In this document: positions 57,516 to 64,000 of the stretch, piece by piece
Layout: each line of letters begins with the position of its first letter
Numbering within the stretch: position 1 is the stretch's first letter
Assembly: GCA_964484755.1 (NCBI GenBank)
Contig: CAZAGH010000002.1
Location: 24,783-88,782, forward strand
DNA from: an uncultured Melioribacter sp.
GTDB lineage: Bacteria; Bacteroidota; Ignavibacteria; Kapaibacteriales; Kapaibacteriaceae
Direction of reading: 5' to 3'
Length of the DNA stretch: 64,000 nt
Made by a program: the position numbers and the translations under genes
Notes under the pieces: generated by a model
The model's input: only the letters and a program-made list of their open reading frames with translations
Told to the model about the DNA's origin: nothing
The model's database searches: none

Positions 57516-59292
57516 ATGAGGCCTGTCGGATCGCTTCTACAGAACCGAAGCTGCGCAGCAACTTCGTGGCAGTTGTCTTCCCTATCCCAGGTATGTCGAG
57601 CAACTCCGTGTTTATCGTGCGCTTGTCTCTGAGTTTTCTGTGATAGGAAATTGCAAAGCGGTGCGCCTCGTCGCGAGCCTGCTGCAGTAACCGCAAACTC
57701 GAACTCGTCTTCGCAAGAAAGAGCGGAACAGTTGTCCCTGGAAGGAAGACCTCTTCGAGTCGCTTGGCAAGACCAATGACCACGAACTTGCCACGTAACC
57801 CTAACTGATCGATCACTTCCATGGCATGTGAGAGTTGCCCCTTGCCACCATCGAGTATCAGCAGGTCTGGTAGAACCACCTCCGATTCGGTATCCTTACT
57901 CGTGAATCGTCGCGTAAGAACTTGCTTCATCGCCTCAACGTCATCATTACCGGCAAGTGTCCGTAGTTTGTAGTGCCTGTACTCCGATTTACGGGGCTTA
58001 CCATCGATAAACGTCACAATTGAAGACACATAATCCGTTCCCTGCATGTGGGAGTTATCAACGCACTCAATACGTCTTGGCAGAGACTCCATGCGAAGAT
58101 CCTTCTGCAGCGTAAGAACTGCTCGGGACACCGACTGATCCTTCTCCGCCTGCTGCGACAAATACTCACGAAGTTGAACATCGGCGTTCTGCTCGGCTAG
58201 GGTAACAAGTTTGCGCTTATCGCCGATTTTGGGGACATGAACGGCGACAGTATGTCCGGCGCGTTCTTTGAGGAAATTCTGCAGCAGCTCAACATCCTCG
58301 GGCTCACTCTGAACCAGCACCTCATCAGGAAAGTGTTCGGCATCGGCATACCATTGCTCGATTGTGCGCGAGAGCACCTCGGCATCATCCTTGTCGGCAA
58401 TGTTCGTGACGATGAAATGGCGTTTACCAACAAGTTTGCCATCCCGTATCGTGAGCACGATACTGCATCCAATACTTTCCGACCGAACGAGTGCAAAGAC
58501 ATCTTGATCTAGATCATTGCTGCCCAGGACCTTTTGCTTGGCCGTATACTCTCGAAGCTTTTCAAGACGCTGACGCACGACGAGTGCATCTTCGAATCGC
58601 ATAGCATCTGAGAGTTCGTACATCCGTTGTTCCAACTGACGCTCAAGATCTTTGGTCTTGCCTTGCAGCACTTGCTGTACCTGCTTGATGTACTGCTGGT
58701 ATTCATCGGCAGATATGAACCCTTGGCATGGGCCATCACATTTCTTGATATGATAGTCGAGACAGACCTTCCATCTACCCTCCTCTACCCCTAGAGCCGT
58801 CAGAGGCAGATCACAGGAACGTAGAGGAAAGATGCTCCTAATCGACTTCAAGAGATAGAACAGATATGTTCCATCTGTGTACGGGCCGAAGTACTTTGAA
58901 CCATCCTTGATAATTGTACGCGTCTTAAACACGCGTGGATACTGCTCCTTGGTGATGCGGATGAAGGGATATGACTTATCATCCTTAAGCAGGATGTTGT
59001 ACTTCGGTCGGTGCTCCTTGATCAGCGTATTCTCTAGTAGAAATGCCTCAACCTCCGTATCAGTCACGATGATGTCAAGATCGCAGATCTGCCGCACCAA
59101 CACCGCTGTCTTTGCATCTATCGATCTACCCTCCTGGAAATACGAACGTACTCGGTTGCGTAGATTTTTTGCCTTTCCGACGTATATGATCGTACCCTTG
59201 GCGTCCTTGTGTAGGTATACACCAGGACGTGTTGGCAGATTGGCAAGCTTTTGCTGAATAAGCTCTGTAACAAGGGTGTCTGCGTGTTTCAC
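57421..59292 (-). CDS. uvrC: excinuclease ABC subunit C UvrC
   Basis: GIY-YIG domain (PGVYLHKDAKGTIIYVGKAKNLRNRVRSYF), UvrBC-binding domain, RNase H-like domain, and C-terminal (HhH)2. A GTG at 59292 is proposed as the start; the track ORF extends to 59430. Confidence 0.85.
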   Translation of the reverse strand: MKHADTLVTELIQQKLANLPTRPGVYLHKDAKGTIIYVGKAKNLRNRVRSYFQEGRSIDAKTAVLVRQICDLDIIVTDTEVEAFLLENTLIKEHRPKYNILLKDDKSYPFIRITKEQYPRVFKTRTIIKDGSKYFGPYTDGTYLFYLLKSIRSIFPLRSCDLPLTALGVEEGRWKVCLDYHIKKCDGPCQGFISADEYQQYIKQVQQVLQGKTKDLERQLEQRMYELSDAMRFEDALVVRQRLEKLREYTAKQKVLGSNDLDQDVFALVRSESIGCSIVLTIRDGKLVGKRHFIVTNIADKDDAEVLSRTIEQWYADAEHFPDEVLVQSEPEDVELLQNFLKERAGHTVAVHVPKIGDKRKLVTLAEQNADVQLREYLSQQAEKDQSVSRAVLTLQKDLRMESLPRRIECVDNSHMQGTDYVSSIVTFIDGKPRKSEYRHYKLRTLAGNDDVEAMKQVLTRRFTSKDTESEVVLPDLLILDGGKGQLSHAMEVIDQLGLRGKFVVIGLAKRLEEVFLPGTTVPLFLAKTSSSLRLLQQARDEAHRFAISYHRKLRDKRTINTELLDIPGIGKTTATKLLRSFGSVEAIRQASFESIAALVGVSMAAKVRGHLTANVSDEDAQS

Positions 59293-59374
59293 AAGAGCAA
59301 ATCTACGGCCTTTGCGCGGAGCATGAACGCCAGTGCTATATTGTACGGGGCTTATTATCACATGGAGAGATTCA

Positions 59375-60691
59375 GTGGCAAAGCAAACAGAATCACTTGG
59401 ATCAATAGAAGAAATCGCAAAAGAGCTCAAGGACGCGGCTTGGTTTATCGGTCAGCGCGTGATCAATCGTGAGGAAGTGATCGAGCAGGCAATCTGTGCC
59501 TTATTGACCGCGGAGCACTTGTTGCTACAAAGCCGTACCGGCGTCGGAAAATCGCTGCTTGCCGAACAGATTTTCAACATGTTTGAGGGGGCTCGGCTAT
59601 TTCGTGTGCAGGCATCAAAAGAACAGCAACCTGACACGTATTTCGGTGGACTCGACCTCGAGCAGCTTAAGACAGGTCGTATAATCCATAACACAAGTGA
59701 TTCTCTTGTGGAAAGCGAGTTTGGCTTTATCGATGAGATCTTCGATGCCAACGACTTTACGCTACGTGCCCTGTTATCATTGCTTAACGAGCGAAGGCTG
59801 ATGCGTGGCGTGCAGGATGTTCATTCGCCTCTTCACACAGTCATCGCCGCGACAAACTACTTGCGTGTGAGCGAGGTCACGGAAGCCCTTCTGGACCGAT
59901 TCTTGTTCAAGGCAGTTATCCTCCCCGACAAAGACCCTTTCATTCAGTATCAGATATCACAGCGCTATCTGCAGCATGGCGGCAAACCGATTGTTCCGCC
60001 AAAGAAGATCTCGTTTGAACGTCTCAAACACATGAATCGGCTCATTTCAGGAAGAAGCGAAGAATACTCGATCGAGATCTCCAATGAGGTGCTGTACTTT
60101 ACGAACATTGTGATTCGGCACTTCGAGTTTCTGAGAAATCGTCAACTTCACGAGCATGTCAAATCAAATGACGGCGCTGATTTCTACATCTCACCTCGAA
60201 CGCAGGCAAAGTCATTAGACCTTTTACGCGCATTAGCTCTCCTTAAGGGGCGCAGCCATGTCGTTCACGATGACGTGAGCAGATTATACTTTGTCTTTGC
60301 AACGGTTGGCCTGCCGGAAGAGATCGCGACCTTTAAGAAGTCATACTCGACGGTATTGAACTCACTCACGGCTGCTCGTGGATTCGATCAGATCACGATG
60401 CTTCTTGACTTTACGAATCTTCTTCGTGATATCAAGGAAGAGCCCGCGCTGATGCTACGACCGCTCTCACAGTTTGCCGATGCAGCTGTGCGCAGAACGT
60501 TTTTTGAGTGGTTCAAGGAAAAGTTCGGTGCGGAGCAGCCACAAGATCAAAACAAGAAGATTCTAGAGCAGTTTCTTACCGACTTCATTCCGGTCTGTGA
60601 CGAGGTACGTGAGCTGAAGCATAGCGTCGAAAAGACTCTGCAATCGACCCTGATCACAGTCGAACGTGAACTAAATCGCATGGAACGATAA
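59375..60691 (+). CDS. MoxR-family AAA+ ATPase, RavA-like
   Basis: Walker A QSRTGVGKSLLA, Walker B FGFIDEIF, and sensor-1 IAATN. Block-wise similarity to E. coli RavA (LNERRLMRGVQDVHSPLHTVIAATN vs [25 protein letters not shown]). GGAGAG RBS precedes a GTG start at 59375. Confidence 0.75.
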   Translation: MAKQTESLGSIEEIAKELKDAAWFIGQRVINREEVIEQAICALLTAEHLLLQSRTGVGKSLLAEQIFNMFEGARLFRVQASKEQQPDTYFGGLDLEQLKTGRIIHNTSDSLVESEFGFIDEIFDANDFTLRALLSLLNERRLMRGVQDVHSPLHTVIAATNYLRVSEVTEALLDRFLFKAVILPDKDPFIQYQISQRYLQHGGKPIVPPKKISFERLKHMNRLISGRSEEYSIEISNEVLYFTNIVIRHFEFLRNRQLHEHVKSNDGADFYISPRTQAKSLDLLRALALLKGRSHVVHDDVSRLYFVFATVGLPEEIATFKKSYSTVLNSLTAARGFDQITMLLDFTNLLRDIKEEPALMLRPLSQFADAAVRRTFFEWFKEKFGAEQPQDQNKKILEQFLTDFIPVCDEVRELKHSVEKTLQSTLITVERELNRMER

Positions 60692-62257
60692 ATGAGTTTG
60701 CGTACGGATATCGAAACGGCTGCATTCTTCTCGCAGATGGAGGAGTTTGGCTTCTTCGATACCGTTGAGGAACATCTTCCTGAGGCATTCACGATGATCT
60801 ACGAGATCGCGCGAATCCTGGAAAACTCCTCTCTTCTGATTGCACAATCACTTGCTCCAATCCTCGAACTACACGACCCACTAGCCGAACGCGACAGCGT
60901 AGATACGATCGTTGTACCCCATGTTCCTGATGCCAAGGAATACGAGGCAGATCTCATAACGAGCGTTACAGAAGTTCGATACATCTATCCGTATCAGCAT
61001 TTACTGCCGGAGCCGGTGTTCTTACGGAAACTTGCCGAGCGATCGCTATGGATGCCCCGAGCTAAGAGCCCGCGCAACTTCCGATATCAATCAGACAGCG
61101 ATCGATTCGCTCCCGATGATCGTAAGCAGAAGGTCTACATTCTGTTTGACACCTCAAGCTCGATGCAGCAGCACTACCGTATTCATCTGGCGAAGGCTAT
61201 TGCATACATTTTCCTACGACGAAATCAACGGGAACTTGGGACCGTGTTCTTCCGAACATTTGACCTCAAGATTGGAGAGCTGAAGATTGCCCGAGACTTA
61301 CCGAGCTACGAACGCGTGATCAGCGAGATGATGCATTTGAATGCCACGGGCAACGGCACATCACTGCAAAAGGCACTGCAGACGGCCATCGACGACATCT
61401 CGCATGAAAGTCAACTAAGTCATGCGCAGATCCTCGTCATCACCGATGGTGTTGCGCATATCGACCTTGACAACTTGCAGCATCAGCTCGGAACGCAGAT
61501 CACCGTGAACACGGTGAAAATTGGGTCGTCCCGACTTCAGCTTGACAACGTGTTGATTGAGGGCGTACTTGCTTCATCACACTCACCCTACGCAGAGCGC
61601 ATTCGTGAACTCGTGCAGCAGCGGAAAGACCTCGAGCTACAGCTGCGAACAGCTACCGGCCAACATCGCATCTCTGCACTTCAGGCTCAGATCGCCTCAA
61701 TCAGTGGCATGATCCAAACGCAGACAGAGAAGTTCTCGGGTCAACTTGCAGAACGATACGGGCTTGAAATTGAAAAGCTCAGCACGGTGTATGTTCAGGT
61801 AGATGATATCACGCCTCATGAACTATTCTCGTTACCCGAAGACAAAGTTGTTGAGTTTGAACAACTTGCTGCATCGTTGTTGAAGACGCTGCAATCAGAA
61901 CGTCAAGTGGAGGATCTTCAAAGAGCCGCGATCCTCTACGATCATCTCATGCTATTGATGCGGTATAATAAAGTTGATGCTCCTCGGTTCGAGCATGCCG
62001 CTAAAGAACTCGAACGCATGCTTGACCATATCTTGAATAAGCCAAGCAGTGCTGCAGATGATGTGCAGATTAGTGAACTGGAGCGGGCGCAGCTGCGGAA
62101 CAAACTTGATTCAGGTTCGATCAAGACATCGACATCACTGGCGATGATTCTGCGTCTGGCGTGGCTTCGCGTTGTGCAGTGGTGGCGTAACCGCAGACAA
62201 ATGCGTGCCTTCGCGCTCCTACGTGGACGCAAACTCAAACAACGCACATATCGCTAA
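60692..62257 (+). CDS. VWA-domain protein partnered with the RavA-like ATPase (non-ViaA architecture)
   Basis: MIDAS motif KVYILFDTSSSMQ at about residue 150, a central VWA fold, then a ~200-aa coiled-coil C-terminal half ending in a basic Trp/Arg tail. Its start abuts the ATPase stop (TAAATG). Confidence 0.65.
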   Translation: MSLRTDIETAAFFSQMEEFGFFDTVEEHLPEAFTMIYEIARILENSSLLIAQSLAPILELHDPLAERDSVDTIVVPHVPDAKEYEADLITSVTEVRYIYPYQHLLPEPVFLRKLAERSLWMPRAKSPRNFRYQSDSDRFAPDDRKQKVYILFDTSSSMQQHYRIHLAKAIAYIFLRRNQRELGTVFFRTFDLKIGELKIARDLPSYERVISEMMHLNATGNGTSLQKALQTAIDDISHESQLSHAQILVITDGVAHIDLDNLQHQLGTQITVNTVKIGSSRLQLDNVLIEGVLASSHSPYAERIRELVQQRKDLELQLRTATGQHRISALQAQIASISGMIQTQTEKFSGQLAERYGLEIEKLSTVYVQVDDITPHELFSLPEDKVVEFEQLAASLLKTLQSERQVEDLQRAAILYDHLMLLMRYNKVDAPRFEHAAKELERMLDHILNKPSSAADDVQISELERAQLRNKLDSGSIKTSTSLAMILRLAWLRVVQWWRNRRQMRAFALLRGRKLKQRTYR

Positions 62258-62260
62258 CGC

Positions 62261-63601
62261 TTACGACTTGCGAACCGTCCGCCGTCCTACGGAGTGGTAC
62301 TCGAATTCCCTGCCTTCCATCGCATCAAGCTCATAGATATTTCTGCCGTCAAAGATGATAGGCTCTGCAAGCAGTGATGCCATTTTCGGGAAGTCTGGCT
62401 CCTTGAACTCATTCCACTCGGTTGCAATGATCAACGCATGCGCTCCATCTAGCGCTGCGTAGGCTGAATCGGCATACGTGATCGTATCGCGTAAAACAGT
62501 TCGTGATGTCTCTGCCGCCTCTGGATCAAATGCCGTAATGTGAGCCCCCTTGGCAAGCAGCGCATTGATGATGACGAATGAGGGGGCTTCCCGCACATCG
62601 TCTGTGTTCGGTTTAAACGCCAAGCCCCAAACAGCAAATCGCTTTCCTTGAACGTCGCCATTAAAGCGGTCACAGATTCGCGTTACAAACCTGCGAACCT
62701 GGTGGTCATTCACCGACTTGGTTGCCTGAATGATCTCTAATGGTGCTCCTACTTCGTTTGCAGCGTGGATAATGGCCTTTACATCCTTGGGGAAACAACT
62801 GCCACCATATCCGATGCCAGCATACAAGAACCGGCTCCCAATGCGTGGATCACTACCGATTCCAACGCGCACGTTCTCGATGTCTGCACCAACAATCTCA
62901 CAGTATTCAGAGAGGTCGTTCATGAACGATATCTTCATCGCCAAGAAGGCATTGGCAGCATACTTGGCGATCTCTGAACTCTTCTCATCAAAGACAACGA
63001 ACTGCGAGCCCCTTCCGATAAAAGCCGAATAGATCGATTTCATCACGGTGATCGCATGGGGGCTTTTCGTACCGACGATGATGCGCTCTGGATTCATGAA
63101 ATCCTGAACTGCAAATCCTTCGCGAAGGAATTCTGGATTGCTAACGACATCCACATGACGATTTGGTGCACGTTGCTTGAAGATCGCATCCACCCGAGCG
63201 GCAGTACCAACAGGTACGGTACTTTTGTTGACAACAATCTTTGGTTCGTGGATGTCATGCTCGACCAGAATGTCGGCAACACGTTCAGCTGCACTCATGA
63301 CCATAGCAAGATCTGCTTGACCATCCTTACCAGGGGGCGTAGGCAGACAGAACATAAGGATGTTGCATGTTGTAACTGCCTCTACCAGATCCATAGAAAA
63401 GCTGATGCGCTCTTCACGAATCGCACGGGCAAGAACGATATCAAGCCCTGGCTCGTAGATAGGAACGTGACCCAAGCGGAGCTTCTCGATCTTTATGGGA
63501 TCAACGTCAATGCAGAGCACTTCGTTGCCCACATCGGCAAGACATGCACCAGTTACAAGTCCTACGTACCCTGTTCCGATAACAGCGATTCTTTGAGCCA
63601 T
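62261..63601 (-). CDS. ugd: UDP-glucose 6-dehydrogenase (nucleotide-sugar dehydrogenase)
   Basis: N-terminal Rossmann MAQRIAVIGTGYVGLVTGACLA and the catalytic Cys in GYGGSCFPKD. The internal Met at 63601 is taken as the start. Confidence 0.85.
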   Translation of the reverse strand: MAQRIAVIGTGYVGLVTGACLADVGNEVLCIDVDPIKIEKLRLGHVPIYEPGLDIVLARAIREERISFSMDLVEAVTTCNILMFCLPTPPGKDGQADLAMVMSAAERVADILVEHDIHEPKIVVNKSTVPVGTAARVDAIFKQRAPNRHVDVVSNPEFLREGFAVQDFMNPERIIVGTKSPHAITVMKSIYSAFIGRGSQFVVFDEKSSEIAKYAANAFLAMKISFMNDLSEYCEIVGADIENVRVGIGSDPRIGSRFLYAGIGYGGSCFPKDVKAIIHAANEVGAPLEIIQATKSVNDHQVRRFVTRICDRFNGDVQGKRFAVWGLAFKPNTDDVREAPSFVIINALLAKGAHITAFDPEAAETSRTVLRDTITYADSAYAALDGAHALIIATEWNEFKEPDFPKMASLLAEPIIFDGRNIYELDAMEGREFEYHSVGRRTVRKS

Positions 63602-63634
63602 TCGGTTACAATCCGACAACGTGAGTGATCTGTG

Positions 63635-63820
63635 TTACAAGCCAATCTGCGTCCACAAGACGCGTATTGCTACGATAAGGACGAGCAATATCGTGATCAT
63701 CAACGCAACTTTCACAAGCTTTTTCACAAGAGAATACACGATCGACAGCAGGAGAAACACAAGAACATACTTCCCTGCTGTTGGTATCTCTGTAAGAGAT
63801 TGTATGATCGAATCTATCAT
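63635..63820 (-). CDS. 61-aa small hydrophobic protein
   Basis: A single strongly hydrophobic helix (YVLVFLLLSIVYSLV ... MITILLVLIVAI). Its ATG overlaps the stop of the upstream TonB-like fragment (ATGA). Confidence 0.35.
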   Translation of the reverse strand: MIDSIIQSLTEIPTAGKYVLVFLLLSIVYSLVKKLVKVALMITILLVLIVAIRVLWTQIGL

Positions 63821-64000
63821 TGATACGTGACCCTAAATGTGATGATGCCTTCCATCACAGTTGTTGTTTGGAGCTTATTGAATCGCCATCGGCGCAAGGC
63901 TGCAATAGCAGCCTGCTCAACGGCCTTGTTGCCAGATCGTGTCTTGACCTCTGCATGCACAACGGTGCCGTCCGGTGCTACGCGAAAGAGCAGTGTGATC
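63817..64000 (-). CDS. TonB C-terminal domain protein; N-terminal part lies outside the window
   Basis: Minus-strand translation ...ITLLFRVAPDGTVVHAEVKTRSGNKAVEQAAIAALRRWRFNKLQTTTVMEGIITFRVTYQ* resembles the TonB C-terminal beta-alpha-beta module. Confidence 0.35.
   Translation of the reverse strand, partial: ITLLFRVAPDGTVVHAEVKTRSGNKAVEQAAIAALRRWRFNKLQTTTVMEGIITFRVTYQ

Noticed and set aside
1-64000. Checked for rRNA, tRNA, CRISPR arrays, transposases/IS elements and integrases
   Set aside because: Intergenic regions are short, at most ~150 bp, and none shows tRNA-like or repeat-spacer structure. No transposase- or integrase-like ORF was found. None reported.

Overview
This is a gene-dense chromosomal window of about 64 kb from an FCB-group bacterium (Bacteroidota / Rhodothermota / Balneolota-like), with moderate GC. 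The lineage call rests on a roughly 2260-aa SprA type IX secretion translocon, a PorQ/PorV-type outer-membrane beta-barrel, a large Bacteroidetes-type PIG-L deacetylase, and sparse Shine-Dalgarno usage.

Most of the window is housekeeping, read directly from the translated ORFs:
- translation: infC-rpmI-rplT-pheS, rpmG (L33), rsmD-coaD, rimO, mtaB, truA;
- heat shock and proteolysis: hrcA-grpE-dnaJ, lon;
- DNA repair and partition: uvrC, holB, ogg, alkB, parA-parB.

The accessory content is the more interesting part:
1. An SOS-mutagenesis module. A LexA-like HTH_XRE+S24 repressor (divergent from alkB) sits next to a catalytically degenerate ImuB-like Y-family gene and a translationally coupled 78-aa ORF. 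The dnaE2 error-prone polymerase lies about 3.7 kb away, beyond two opposite-strand genes, and no imuA is present. imuB and dnaE2 carry a nearly identical ~18-nt element (CTACRTTTTGTATAWTTG) abutting their start codons; at dnaE2 this extends into a perfect TGTATA-N5-TATACA palindrome overlapping the ATG.
2. Tandem squalene/phytoene-synthase paralogs (HpnC/HpnD-like) are followed at 16 nt by a stand-alone NuoE-type [2Fe-2S] protein, where an hpnE would be expected.
3. A GH2-family glycosidase domain is fused to a C-terminal polytopic membrane domain, divergent from sprA.
4. A RavA/MoxR-like AAA+ ATPase is paired with a VWA protein of non-ViaA architecture.
5. A tandem direct repeat of a parS half-site lies between sprA and parA.

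No rRNA, tRNA, CRISPR array or transposase was seen.
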